This document shows positions 11,705 to 24,752 of a DNA stretch of 64,000 bases, piece after piece. The stretch is from Callorhinchus milii. Its lineage: Eukaryota. How positions within the stretch are numbered: position 1 is the first letter of the stretch; every line of letters starts with the position of its first letter. Made by a program: the position numbers and the translations under genes. The stretch spans positions 94,304,001 to 94,368,000 of the forward strand of contig NW_024704743.1 of the NCBI RefSeq assembly GCF_018977255.1, read 5' to 3'. The notes below the pieces were generated by a model. The model was not told the origin of the DNA, did no database searches, and was given only the letters and a program-made list of their open reading frames with translations.

Positions 11705-13575
11705 ACAAACAACAACAAAGTTACATTTGTATAGCGCCTTTCATGTTGGGAGGACCCCTCCCAAGGCACTGGACAGTCAGAGTTTCAGATCTCAGCTGGG
11801 GGTCGGGATTGGGGAGGGTGGAGGGCAGGGGGGCAAGCAGGGTGATCAAAACCATGGTCGAAGATGAGGGTATTGAAATGGGTCTTGAAGGAGGCCAGGG
11901 AGGGGGCGAGGCGGAGGAATTGCGGGATGGAGTTCCAGAGGGTAGGGGCAGAGTCACAGAAGACCTGCCCGCCAATGGTGGGGGGGGGGAGGGGTGAGGT
12001 GGGGGCACATGAAGCAGGCAACCTAAAGAGCGGAGGGAGCAGGCAGGATGGTAGGGGGTAGGAGTTCACAGAGTTAAGGGGAGCAAGATCATGGAGGGCT
12101 TTGAAGGTGAGGACCAGGATCTTGAACTGTATCTGTGTAATGGGAAAGGTAGAAACAGGATGCCAAGATAATAATAATAATAATAATAATAATAATCCTT
12201 GCATTTGATATAGCGCTTTTCACGTCGGGAGGACGTCCCAAAGCGCTTCACAGAACACACTGTAAAGTGAATTGACTGTGTATTTGTGGGCGAACGCGGC
12301 AGACTAACTTAGTAAGGTGGAGTGTGCATCCATAGATGGTGACATTGTCAGTGCCTGAACTGTGGAGGCGCTGACGGAGCCAATCAATATAGCCTCAATC
12401 TTGTTGACGTTCAGCTGAAGAAAGTTAGCTCTCATCCAGGACTTGATGTCTGACAGACATTCATGTCAGGACAGCAGCAGTCCTGGAGTCAAGGGTGGAG
12501 GCAGAGAAGTAGAGTTGGGTTTCATCTGCATACACGTGGATGTTGATCCCATATCTGTGGACGATGTCACCAAGAGGGAACATATAGATATTGAAAGGAG
12601 GGGACCGAGGACAGAGGCCTGAGGAACGCCGCACGAGACAGTGCAGGGGCTAGAGGAGAAACCATTTGTGGAGATGAAGTAGAGGCGGTGCGATTTGAAC
12701 CATTCAAGGACAGAGCCGTGAAGGTTGAGGTGAGAGGAGAGGCAGTGAATGAGGACAGAGTGGTCGACGGAATCGAAGTCAGCAGAGAGGTCAAGGAGGA
12801 CGAGGAGGCAGAGGGAGCCCTAGTTGCTAATGGACGGAATGTCATTTGTCACTGACCAGGGCTGTTTCTGTGCTGTGGGTGGCACGGAAACCTGAATAGA
12901 GGAGTTCGTGAAGGGAGTGGCCGGAGAGGAAGGAGCAAAATTAGGAAGCAAGGTCGTTCCAGGACCTTGGAGAAGAAAGGGAGGTTGAAGATGGGGTGGT
13001 AGTTTGAAAGCACAGATGGGTCCAAGGATAGGAGTGATGATGACCATTTTTAATAGGGTGGGAACAGTACCAATGAACAGGGAGAGGTTTATGATGCCTG
13101 TGAGTAGAGGGGCAAGGAGGTGGAGCTGGGAGGTAAGGAGAGGGGTAGGGATGGGGTCGAGGGAGCAAGTGGTCGGTTTCATGTGGGTTATAGTGGTGGT
13201 GAGAGAGGAGTGGGAGACAAGTTCGAGGGAGGGATGGGTAGGAGCTAGGGTGGGAGGGGGAAATGGGGCGGGTGTAGTAGACGGAAGAGCAGAGGCAGCT
13301 GAGGGGATCCCCTCAACTTTGGATTTGAGGAAGACCAGCAACGCCTTGCAGTTGGCATTGGAGGTGAGGACAGGCGAGACATGAGAGGTTGGTCGGAGGA
13401 GCTGGTTGGTGATGGAGAAGAGGAGCCTAGGGTTGTCCTTGGCCTCCAAGATTGACTTGGAGTAGAACGATGATTTAGCGGAGGTGAAGGCAGAGTGGTA
13501 GGATTTGATAAGGTGCAGCCATATCTGCCGATGGACCGTTAAGTTTGAATTAAGCCAGGTGCGTTCAATGACACA
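11705..13575 (-). mobile_element. Older L2 LINE with internal deletion, interrupted by a SINE 3' fragment (12168-12303)
   Basis: ORF 12820-13647 (HRQIWL...[12 protein letters not shown]) and 11785-12204 (IQFKILVLTFKALHDLAP) are collinear with the 21817-23998 L2. Confidence 0.88.
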
Positions 13576-13589
13576 CATTTGTGTCATTG

Positions 13590-13791
13590 ACTCGACTCTC
13601 GACTCTCTTCCCCCTCCTCGCTCCCTCCCTTCCCTCACCCTGACCATTTCCCCCCTCCTTGCTCCCTCCCTTCCCTCACCCTGACCATTTCCCCCCTGCT
13701 CGGGTCATGACCCAACTGTGCAGCGCCTTGGGACGTCCTCCTGATGTGAAAGGCGCTTTATAAATGGAATCTTGTTGTTGTTGTTGTTGTT
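13590..13791 (+). mobile_element. Young L2 3' end
   Basis: Near-identical to the 3' end of 21817-23998, including the duplicated C-rich unit; (TTG)n tail. Confidence 0.88.
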
Positions 13792-16309
13792 TGTGCTTTA
13801 AGGGAGCGGAGGTAGCTGGTGAATAGTAGATGGTTGAAGGATACAAATACAAATACAAATGTTGCATTAAAATTTTGTTAATATTCACACTCATGGGCAG
13901 AAAAAACAATCAGTCAATTACAACAGCCCCTGTAAGTCACAGTAATACAAAGTGTAATTACCTGTGCATTTATGGGGACGTCAGAAGAGTCTAGAACACC
14001 CTCTTGTGGTTGAGCCTGGGGACATGAAGGTTTTGCACATGCTCAGATCCCAAACAGCATCGCCCAGATAAAATTGATCAATCCCTTCATGTCTGCGTGC
14101 AAATTCACTGCTGCATTGCTCATAAATAAATAGACACTATACAGTAAAAAGTTGAGAAGTATTTTGAGATCTTTCATCAATGTGATAAAGCACTGTATCA
14201 AATGTAGGGTTTATTATTATAATTCCCTTTAAATGTCCAAATCGACTCTTAACAGATAACCCTCTGGGAGAATAGGTTCTTTTGAACTCTCCTTTATTTT
14301 CTTATTTTCCAGAATTAGATAAGCAGGATGAGTATCTCCAGGGAGAGAGTGAGCAATCCATTGCAACAATCTATCTCTGGGATTTTCATGTGTAGGTGGG
14401 ATGCATGGAAATTTCAGCTGGGTTTGGATTACTCTTAAGAATGGTAATATGTGTCATACACACGGCTTACTAAAAAAAATCCTAATCTTCAATGAGTTCT
14501 CTCTTGTCTTGAGTTTTTTCACAATTAATTCTCCCAATTAAATACTTTCATTATCTTAAACACCTCTATAAAGTGCAAGGAATTATAGTATCCTACATAA
14601 ATGCACCCACATAATGCCCTGCATTTATATAGTGCCCCACATAAAAGGTGCTATTTAAATGCAAGTTGTTACATTTACAACAACTAGCATTTATACAGCT
14701 CCTTTCATTTGGAATAGCATCTCAGGGTTTAAAATACCAGAAATAATCAAATATATGTAGGCTCAAAACATATTTTTCCACTAACCAGATAATAGCTGGT
14801 TTAGTACATTATTATCAATTATGTTAAATATTGCTGGTGTCAATGTTTTTATCTAGTATATAATGAAAAATAATTTTAAAAAAACTATCATATAAATACA
14901 AATAAGTGTAATATATCCAGGCACTGAGGAGTTAATTTGTGATTTCTTAATAAATTTCTTAACAAAATGTGAAATTTTTTAATTGGCTTTCGTCTACAAA
15001 ATACAGTTACTATACTTTGCAGTTGAAAACTCCTGGATTTCTCATCTATCACTTTTTATTTCACCGAAATAGCCTATAGAAAAGTTGTTTAAGTAGAACT
15101 GACAACGTTTGGAGGTTATCATTATAATTGGGAACCAAATTAAACAAGTCTTTCATTTCCCCTTAGAGTATTTGGAAGACTGCCAAATTCTGCTCAAACT
15201 GCAGGAAATGCATGACAGCTATGGGCACTACTGCCAGACACAAGTGACCTGTGCACATTGCCAGACGATCTCTTGTTACCAATGTTTGGAGAATAACTGG
15301 GTGTAAGGACTAGAGGAAAATAATTAGCCTCTGGAATGCCTCATGTACATGTAAAAATATTGGATTCAAAGGATGGATCCAGACAAAAAAGGAACTGCAA
15401 ATACTGATCAACATAGATGAGCAGCTTGCTTTAAGTGGAGATGCGGGACCTGGGCCAGCTCTGATTAAGTTAGCCAGGCAGTGGAGAAACTTGCCAGTAT
15501 CAACCCATGTGAATGGGCCTTTGTGGCATGGGTGATTGAATGCCTGAACTACCTCATCACAAAGAGAATAGTCCATTGTTGGGTCTGTCTGCAGCCCATG
15601 CCAATAGCCTACTCACAAAGTTTTTTGTGCCTAACATTTAGTTCTGTCCAGCACCTTGGGAAGTCCTCCTGATGTGAAAGTTACCACTGTTTGTTGACTG
15701 CAGAGGAAGAAATGAGGTCTATTCTTTCAGGTGGGATGGAAGCAACCAGTCACACTGTTTTTAGACATCCATTTGAAGTTCACCGGTTGTCGTAGTATCT
15801 CCAGACAAGCAGTTCTCTTCAAGTCAATGAGTTGCAACACAAAATGTCATCAGGATAGCTAAAATGATTGTTTCAATGTTGGAAATCCTTATTTTTGTAA
15901 TTTCCTGGCTTTTACAATGCCTATTATAAATACAAAAGGGTGCTTTTGTCAGAGGCAACGCAAGATAAATGTGAACTGAATGAAACACTTTTCCCTCCAG
16001 CACATTTTAATTACAACTTTGCTTACTGTCCCTGAAAAAGAAAATCTCTGAAATGACAAGGATTTGCTGCATGGCGTTTTCTTCTAAATTCTGCGTCCTA
16101 AATTACTATCTGGAAATACATGTATTCAGAAGCAATAAACAAATATTCTCTGGTTGTAACATCAAATGAAATAAACTGAAAAGTGTGATGACTAACTTTA
16201 ACACTCTTTGTTTTTATTTGATGGTAAGATTCTTTGCCTATCTTCCTTTTCTGCCCTTGCTATGCTATACAGTATTTGCCTTTTATGTTACAACATTCTC
16301 TTAACTCCT

Positions 16310-16751
16310 CGAATTCAAGATCCTCACCCTCACCTACAAGGCCATTCACGGCCCTGCTCCCTCCTACCTCTCCAACCTACTATCCCCCTACCTACCCGCC
16401 CGTACCCTCCGTTCCTCTGGCTCCGGTCTGCTCCACATCCCCCGCCCCAACTGCCCTACTATCGGTGGCCGGGCCTTCAGCCTCTCAGCCCCTAGGCTCT
16501 GGAATTCTATCCCCCAGTGCATTCGCCTTGCCTCCTCCCTTTCCTCCTTCAAGGCCGGTCTCAAGACCTTTCTCTTTGACCGTGCCTTCAGCTCCCCTCT
16601 CGACTCTCTACCCCCTCCTCGCTCCCTCCCTTCCCTCCCCTCACCCTGACCATTTCCCCCCTGCTCGGGTCCTGACCCAACTGTACAGCGCCTTGGGACG
16701 TCCTCCCGATGTGAAAGGCGCTCAATAAATGGAATCTTGTTGTTGTTGTTG
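16310..16751 (+). mobile_element. Young L2 3' fragment
   Basis: High similarity to the reverse complement of ~21817-22295; GGGACGTCCTCCCGATGTGAAAGGCGC...(TTG)n. Confidence 0.9.
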
Positions 16752-16974
16752 ATGTCTGCATCCCTTCAAAAAATGATAATTTGGTCGTTCAACAACTGTT
16801 TGTGGGAAACTGTGGTGCACAATTGCGCCCACAAAATATACAGTCAATTCACTTTACAGTATATTCTGTGAAGCATGAGACATCTCGAAGATGTGATAAT
16901 GCACTATATCAAATGCAAGGATTATTATTATTGCTATACACTGTAGACATTGCATTACCCATTGCATAAGGGAT

Positions 16975-17460
16975 ACAACAACAACAAAATTACATTTGTA
17001 AAGTGCCTTTCACATCTGGAGGACGTCCCAAGGCGCTGAACAGTCGGGGATCAGGTCCCAAGAGTGGGGGGATGAGGGAGGGAGGGCAGAGAGGTAGGAG
17101 GGCAGCTGAAGGCACTGTAGAAGAGGGTCGTGAGTCATGCCTTGAAGAGGCAAAGGAAGGAGCAAGGCGAAGGGATTGTGGGATGGAGTTCCAAAGGGTG
17201 GGGGCAGAGAGACTGAAAGCCTGGCCGCCGATGGTAGGGTGGGAGTCATGGAGCAGGCTGGAACCTGCTGAATGGAGGGAGCCTGGTGAGGGAGAGGACA
17301 CGAGCTGCAGAGTTTTTGATGATCTGCAGCTTGTGGAAGGGAAGAGTTGGGGAGGCCGACAAGGAGGAAATTCCGTAGTTGAGCCTACGAATGTGTGTAT
17401 GAGGGTTTCAGCAGCCTGAGGGGTGAGGCAGTGGCAGAGTCTGGCAATGTTGTGGAGATA
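16975..17460 (-). mobile_element. L2 3' fragment with internal deletion
   Basis: ORF 16990-17478: LHNIARLCHCLTPQAAETLIH...IGGQAFSLSAPTLWNSIP. Confidence 0.85.
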
Positions 17461-17834
17461 CATTATTGAAACCTGCACAGTCTAATTGCATTCAAGAAAA
17501 ACACTGAAGGCAAAATGACTATCAAATGCAAGAAATATTCATATTATACATATAGATAAGGATAATAACACTCAGTACCAGTGATTTTGAATTGAACAAA
17601 TCAGGAAAGATGTTAGAAGATGTGTCCTTTCCTCGGTTAAGATACTATTTGATAATATTAACATAGTCCTCAGAGTTTCAAAGGTCCCACAATGACCTTT
17701 GGCTTTCTCAAGACTGGAGTTCTCACTGGTAATTTGCTAACAAACTTGCACAACTAATATCTGGTACCACTGATACAGCAGAGAGGGTGTTATAGGCTGC
17801 AAAGCAGATTTGGAGACAACACAATCTGGCAATC

Positions 17835-19932
17835 TTTTTAAAAATTCTCTCTTTAATGACGAAATATTCCATTCCAAAATACAGACACAGTTAAATACTT
17901 GAACCACCTCAAAACATACGCAAGTCCCCAGCCCATTTCAACACATTGTACGTATGGATACAATACTTAACAACAATAAAAAACATAGATCAGTAGTTTT
18001 GTTACATTAACAGTGTATAACATCGAGCCTGTCGTGCCTCCAAAATTGTTGCTCTTCTCGCTGTAGATGTTTGAAATATTAGTTTTAGAAGCTGTTGTAG
18101 TTAGTGGCATAGATGTTGTAATCAAATATTTTTGGTGAAAATCAAGTGCCCGCTGTTTTTGATACTATAAGAAACTGGTCGTTATTCACAGCTATTTTGC
18201 TGAATTAATTCATTGTAAATTCAGCAACACAGACTTAAGTATATACATACAGTATGTGTCCACATTAATGAGTTTATGAAGCTGGGACATTTCAGTCAAA
18301 ATAAATAAAAGGCATAGGACTGTGCAACAAAACTAGACAATTTATCACTTCATGCAGTAACAGAGAACAGATTGTTTCACAGTGAAGGCCACAGTTTTGT
18401 GCAAGTCAACTCTGAAACAAATTAAATCTCTCTCTTACAGTACTCTCAACTTCAACAGAAACTGTACATTTCATCCTTTTTAGATAATTTATTAGTCTTC
18501 AGTCAATATTTATTAACATTTGTTTTCAGTCTAAACTGATTGTATCAGTTTTAGCACAATAATTTCTAATGTTACATATTGTTAACTTATCTACAAGGCA
18601 AAGATTTGTATAGGTGCCACGTATAAACTTTTAGTTCTTTCTTAGCAATTGTTCGGCTAATAATAATAGTCTAACAATAATACAGTGTGGTGTGCAAGAT
18701 TTGCAGATTAGTCAGTGTGTCACTCTTGTGCCTTTAGGTACTAAAATAGGGTACGCCGTTGTAACTTCTCTGATAGAAAGTTCCTGTTACAGGTCTGTTG
18801 GTGAATTAGTGGCAGGAATAGTCATCACTGAAAAGACTAGGTGAAAATAAACTGCCACTGTGAGCAACCTTAATGAGAACTCACACAACCTGAAAAGGAG
18901 CTTTTCTGTACAGATCAGAAATATTCTAAACAATCAAGTACAACTTTGCATGAGTGTGTCTGCAAGCCTTTGTATTTGTTACCTGTGGATTAATCTGACT
19001 GAAGCCATATTTTACATACGTCTCACAATCTGAATTCTCACTTGCTGTTTCCTATACAACATTTACAATTCCCCATAGATCATTTGATAAACTCATTCCT
19101 TCCTGTAGAGTCTGACAATTTGCACAACTATACACAGGGCCAACTAAGGTAACACACATTTCAAACACAAACAGTTCCAGGCGCGCATCAAGTCATGTAT
19201 ACAGTATATAGCAGTACTTCCAAGTTGAAGGCCTTAAAATTATACATTCAGAAAACAAAAAAAAGGAAAAAAAACATTACTTCTTAATGTAGCAATGGAC
19301 ATGCTTGCTTAGAACTATTGCTTAACCAATTGTATCAACCACATAAAAAGGTGTTAAATGATTTAAGTTCGGTTTTGCTATTGTGTTTGTTTTTGGCACC
19401 TATGGTTCAAAGTACAATGTTAGAACAGAAGTAGCTGTGTGTGTCAATGACACATATTTACAGACCTGTGCATTAAAAAAAACTAAATGGGTAATTTATG
19501 GGTAGTAGTCATTTTAGATAACTGCTTATGTGCATTGGCTTAGCTTCTGATGTTTGTAAGTGCATTTCAATCAAGATAGTTGATTCATCACAGTTAGGAA
19601 AAAACAGTACCTGTTCTGTTAAAGTACTGCACAGTTCACCTGGAAACCAAACATGTAATGTATTAATATGAGAATTGTAAACAGAATTGTATTGATTGCA
19701 AATTTGATGTTGTATCTACTTTTAAGTTTTTTTTATTAATACTGCAATCTTTTTGTAATAGCAACACCAATTTTGTCTAGCTCAGTGAAACCTCAGTATT
19801 CTCCCGACTTGTGTGAGCTGTATAAAGATGCTGATAAACCCAGCTTATAGAAAAAGAAATGTTTGTCCACATGTCTAACTACAAACTTTTAAAATGACTG
19901 TTGCTATAGTCTTCATACTACTTATAAAATTC
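17835..19932 (-). other. DTNA: Probable DTNA (alpha-DB1) 3' UTR
   Basis: Follows the stop at 19933-19935; ~2 kb with no recognisable repeats; AU/UG-rich on minus; AATAAA at 19732-19737, 18509-18514 and 18488-18493, ATTAAA at 17852-17857. Confidence 0.6.
17852..17857 (-). terminator. Candidate distal polyadenylation signal ATTAAA
   Basis: ATTAAA on minus followed ~25 nt later by GU-rich TTGTGTTGTCT, at the edge of the repeat-free block. Confidence 0.45.
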
Positions 19933-20076
19933 TTATTTCATCATGAGACGCTTCATGTGCTCGTTCCATTCTTCGGTGAAGCCGGCGGTTAGACCTTCTT
20001 CATCGTCGGTCCGAATGCAGCTTTCATCATCATCAGTTCTCACATAACTCTCATCATCAGTGTGACCGTAACTGGC
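19933..20076 (-). CDS. DTNA: Alpha-dystrobrevin terminal coding exon (ASYGHTDDESYVRTDDDESCIRTDDEEG...RLMMK*)
   Basis: Strong acceptor TTTTGTTGTTTTGTTCGCTCTTCAG; phase 0 matches the donor at 28769; 47 codons plus TAA; repeats the SYVRTDD motif of the previous exon. Confidence 0.82.
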   Translation of the reverse strand, partial: ASYGHTDDESYVRTDDDESCIRTDDEEGLTAGFTEEWNEHMKRLMMK

Positions 20077-20440
20077 CTGAAGAGCGAACAAAACAACAAA
20101 ATAATTTATAAAACCTGCACCCACAAAGTGAGATAGTCCTTTTCCAAAACAGATCACGGTGCTGAGATTTGCCGATAGTCGGTAAATTGTACCGACCTTA
20201 GCAGGCAAAGGCTGTTCTTCCCAGTTTGTTGGTAAATTTACCAAGTTTGATTGCGTCAGCATATCACTGAAATTAATCCTGTTATAAGATGGTCTGATAC
20301 GTGGAGCACATTGACGTTCAAACCATTTGCAAGACTGTGTGAAATTGCTCTGCAGCATATTCATCCCTCAAATTAGATTCCATTAATTATTCAGGAAAAC
20401 AAACATGACCATTTTAAAAGACTGGTACCACAGTTAAACA

Positions 20441-20952
20441 ATAATAATCCTTGCATTTGATATAGCGCCTTATCATATCGTCAAGACATCACCAAACACT
20501 TCACAGGATATTCTGAAAAGTGGATTGTCTGTGTATTTTGTGGGCGAAACGCGTCAGTCAGCAGCAATGCCCACACAAAAAAACAGCACATGTAAAGTGA
20601 GAGAGCTCTCTTCTAAAACAGATCACAAGTGTTGGTGAGCAAAGATTGTAAAAGGAATGAGTGAACAATTTTATTTGGGAGATTGTTGCCCAGAACAAAC
20701 GTATTGTTTTCTTTCTTGTTTTTAAAAAAATAGTGCCATGGGATCTTTATGTCCCCCTGAACAGGGCCTCAGTTTTATGTCTCATTCCGAGGATGACACC
20801 TTTGACAATGCAACACCCTCCCAGGCATTGTATTGGAGTATTAGACAACGGCTTACAGCTTAGACAATGTGATTCCAAGGCTCGATGTGACGCTTGAACC
20901 TACAACCTTCTAAATCAAAGGTGAGAGTGCTACCACTGAGCCAGGCTGACAC
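20441..20952 (-). mobile_element. Older full-length Deu-domain SINE (SacSINE1/AmnSINE-like)
   Basis: Head GGCTCAGTGGTAGCACTCTCACC...GTTCAAG; Deu-like AAAGATCCCATGGCACTATTT; L2-type tail. Confidence 0.75.
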
Positions 20953-21816
20953 ACTGGTTTTTTAATACCCACTTCACCTGCCATTGTATGGGGGAAAAAA
21001 CAAGTTGATTTATGGAACAAAAAGCACAGGTACAATTATAGTTTTTGGAAGACTGCAAAACAAATTCTCCCTTTTCTCTCTCCCCTCTCCCCCAACTTCC
21101 CTGAAGTAATGACTCGTACTGGGGTACAGTTCCACAGGTGCAAGCAAGTCCTTCAATATCTTGCCAAGCAACCCTTCTTCTTGGGTAAGGATGAGTAGCA
21201 AATGCCAGCAGGGTAGTTGAGCATCAATGCCAAGCGCAATCCTGCCCTGTTCGAATTTCCAGCAGGGGCCATTGGATTATGTTGGAAGCTTGGGCAATTT
21301 TCACTCTTCCGAGATCAAGGGCACTGAGACCAATTATGTTGCTTGCTTCCCATCTCAGCCAAGATACGTAAACTCAGCATAAAGCACAGGGAATAAAAGT
21401 TTTGTGAGATTCCTGTATGGAATGGTGTTGGATTGCTGAATGAGAACGTCATGGTCAGTACTGAATGATATCTGTATGTAGAAGGTGCATTATTTGGGTA
21501 ATGGCAGGGGAAGGGTGGAGAGGGGTTTCCTACCAAATAACTACACTTCATTGGTGAGTCAAATAAGGAACAGAATCAAGAGTTAACAAGGGGGTGACCA
21601 TTGGCAAAGCACATCATCCAAATTACTGACTACAGATAGCAGTGTAAAAATGAGAAAAGTGCTCAGGAGCAAGAAGTAACAACTTGCATAGCACTTTTTT
21701 TTATTGTAAAAATAAACATCTCTAAAATATTTTACAAAACATAACTGATTAGAAATGAAAGTTATGTAGGTAAATGTGGCAGCTAATAATACTTACATTA
21801 GATATAGCACCTTATT

Positions 21817-23998
21817 ACAACAACAACAACAACAAGATTCCATTTATAAAGCGCCTTTCACGTCAGGAGGACGTCCCAAGGCGCTGCACAGTTGGGTCAT
21901 GACCCGAGCAGGGGGGAAATGGTCAGGGTGAGGGAAGGGAGGGAGCGAGGAGGGGGAAATGGTCAGGGTGAGGGGAGGGAAGGGAGGGAGCGAGGAGGGG
22001 AAGAGAGTCGAGAGGGGAGCTGAAGGCACGGTCAAAGAGAAAGGTTTTGAGACCGGCCTTGAAGGAGGAAAGGGAGGAAGCGGCGAAGGCACTGGGGGAT
22101 GGAGTTCCAGAGCCTGGGGCTGAGAGGCTGAAGGCCCGACCACCGATGGTAGGGCGGTTGGGGCGGGGGACGTGGAGCAGACCGGAGCCAGAGGAACGGA
22201 GGGTACGGGCAGGTAGGTAGGGGGATAGTAGGTTGGAGAGGTAGGAGGGAGCAAGGCCGTGAATGGCCTTGTAGGTGAGGATGAGGATCTTGAAATCAAT
22301 CCTCTGGGGGATGGGGAGCCAGTGGAGGCGAGCGAGGGTGGGAGTGATGTGGTCCCGAAGCCTGGTGCGGGACAGTACACGAGCTGCAGAGTTCTGAATG
22401 ACCTGCAGCTTGTGGAGGGAGGTGGCGGGAAGGCCGGCGAGGAGAGAGTTCCCATAGTCCAGCCTTGAGGTGACAAAGGCGTGAACCAGGGTTTCAGCAG
22501 CGTGAGGGGTGAGGTAATGCCGTAGTCTGGCGATGTTCCGGAGGTGATGGAAGGCGGTGCCAGTTGTGGTGCGGATGTGAGGGAGAAAGGACAGCTCAGG
22601 GTCGAACAAAACGCCGAGGTTCCTGACTGGCTTTGAGAGGTGGAGAGTGCAGCCTTGGATGCTGATGGTGTCAGCGCCTGAGGTGCGGAGGCGCTGACGT
22701 GAGCCAATCAGGAGGGCCTCGGTTTTTCGCACGTTGAGCTGAAGAAAGTTGTCTCTCGTCCAGGACTCGATGTCGGACAGGCAGCTGTCAGGACATCGGT
22801 GGTCGTGGAGTTGAGAGTAGAGGAGGAAAGGTAGAGTTGGGTGTCATCCGCATACATGTGGAAGTTAACTCCATGTCTGCGGATGATGTCACCGAGGGGG
22901 AGCATATAGAGGGTGAAGAGGAGGGGACCGAGGACAGAGCCCTGAGGGACACCACATGAGACAGTACGGGGGGTGGAGGAGAAGCCATTCGTCGAGACAA
23001 AGTGAAGACGGTGAGAAAGGTACGACCTAAACCATTCAAGGACAGTGCCTTGAAGGTTGAGGTGGGAGGACAAGCGGTGGAGTAGGATAGCGTGGTCGAC
23101 CGTATCGAATGCTGCCGATAGGTCGAGGAGGACGAGGAGACAGAGGGAGCCCTGGTCACAGATGGTCAGGATATCATTGGTGACCTTGACCAGGGCAGTT
23201 TCTGTGCTATGGGCAGCACGGAAACCTGACTGAAGGGGTTCGAAAAGAGAATGGGTGGAAAGGAAAGAGCGCAGTTGGGAGGCGACAACTCTTTCCAAGA
23301 CCTTGGAGAGAAAGGGGAGGTTGGAGATGGGCCGGTAGCTTGATAGCTGCGACGCATCAAGGGAGGGTTTTTTCAGGGTGGGCGTGATGATGGCAGTTTT
23401 TAATGGAATGGGGACAGAGCCAGAGGAGAGGGACAGGTTGATGATGTCAGTGATATGTGGGGCAAGAAAGTGGAGCTGGGAGATAAGGAGTGGAGTGGGG
23501 ATGGGGTCAAGGGAGCAGGTGGTTGGTTTTAGGGATAGGATGAGTTCAGTGACAGAGGGTGGGGAAACGGGTACGAAGGTGTGTAGGGGAGGATGGGTAG
23601 GAGTCGGAGTGTGGGAGGGAAGGGGTGGGTGGTGGGTGGAAGTTGGAGGGGAAGTGACCGCGGAGCGGATTCCCTTGATCTTGGATTCAAGGAAATCCAG
23701 CATCTCCTCGCAGTGAAGGTTGGAGGAGATGACCTGCGCGGGGTGGCGGGGGGGACGGAGGAGTCGGGTTGTGGTGGAAAACAGTAGCCTGGGGTTGTTC
23801 TTCGCCTCCAGGATTATCCTGGAGTAGAAGGACGACTTGGCCGAGGCTAGAGTGGAGCGGTAAATTTTGAGGAGGTCCAGCCAGATTTGTCGGTGGACCG
23901 TTAGGCCAGATTTGACACAGGTGCGTTCAGCAGCCCGCACCTGGCTCTTCAGTGAGCGGAGGTGGGTGGTGTACCAGGGGGAGGAGCGGGAGTAGGAG
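21817..23998 (-). mobile_element. Young 5'-truncated L2 LINE (~2.2 kb) with RT domain and an apparent 1-nt deletion near 22784
   Basis: ORF 22708-24018 has [44 protein letters not shown] and YADD; it continues in ORF 21923-22732; (TTG)n tail. Confidence 0.95.
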
Positions 23999-24303
23999 AC
24001 ATCTTCGAGACATATCAAAGCATTTCACTGAATATACTGTAAAGTGTAGTGACTGTATATTTTGTGGGAGAAATGCAGTAGTCAATTGCGCACATCAGTG
24101 TTCCTCAAACTGTTGTGGATTGAAGTGACCAATTATATTATTATTTTTTGAAGGAATTATTACTGCCAGAAAAGCGATCCACCAATCGACTAACAGCTGG
24201 GTTTCTACTTACTTCTCGGTAAACAGAGGCGTGTGGAGATGGGAAACTTGCCCAACATCTCACCCTGCCAGGAATCAAACCCAGGTCTTCCGCTTCTGCA
24301 CTA
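23999..24303 (-). mobile_element. Mosaic SINE split by the L2 insertion (its tail end is at 21784-21819)
   Basis: Joining ...GATATAGCACCTTATTAC to ATCTTCGAGACATATCAAAG... restores the SINE tail seen at 2806-2880. Confidence 0.8.
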
Positions 24304-24319
24304 ACAATATACCATAACC

Positions 24320-24470
24320 GTGAATCATATAATTATACAGCACAGAAGGAGGCCATTTGGCCCATCGTGTCTGTGCCGGCTTTTTGAAAAGAGCTATCCA
24401 AATCAATCCCACTCCCCCGTTCTCTCCCCATAGCCCTGCAAACTTGTCTTCCCCAATATAAGTAGCCAAT
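24320..24470 (-). mobile_element. CR1 3' end
   Basis: ACAGCACAGAAGGAGGCCATTTGGCCCATCG motif; minus frame KFAGLWGENGGVG resembles the ORF2 end. Confidence 0.75.
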
Positions 24471-24631
24471 TAATATGAATGGGAAGGAGGAAATTTAGAT
24501 TAGGAGGTGAATATACAACCAGAAGAAAAACTCATCATTTCTTTGAATTAGCAATGCTAAAGCTAATATTATTTTGGGCAGGGGAAAAACAAGTTAGATG
24601 GGACAATCAATCCCAGGTAATAAGAGGTTAA

Positions 24632-24752
24632 TCAAAAGGCAAAGTACTGCAGATGCTGGAAATCTGGTATAAACACAGAAGTTGATGGGAACAAGCAGCA
24701 AGTCAGGCAGCATCCATGGAGAGAGGAAAATGAGTTAAGGTTTCAGGTCAAA
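24632..24752 (-). mobile_element. Penelope-like terminal fragment
   Basis: Similar to the left arm of the 62418-62966 element (TACTGCAGATGCTGGAAATCTG...GTCAGGCAGCATCCATGGAGAG). Confidence 0.65.

Noticed and set aside
12310..13791. Twin-priming 5' inversion of a single L2
   Set aside because: The minus fragment has its own 3' end at 11705-12140 and is more diverged than the young + fragment, so these are two separate insertions.
20077..20364. N-terminal part of the 143-aa ORF 19933-20364 as a standalone gene
   Set aside because: Only the part after the strong acceptor at 20077 fits DTNA; the rest is intron that is open by chance.
21923..24018. Novel reverse-transcriptase system (retron, DGR or domesticated RT gene)
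   Set aside because: The motifs, (TTG)n tail, 5' truncation and many related fragments identify an ordinary L2 LINE.
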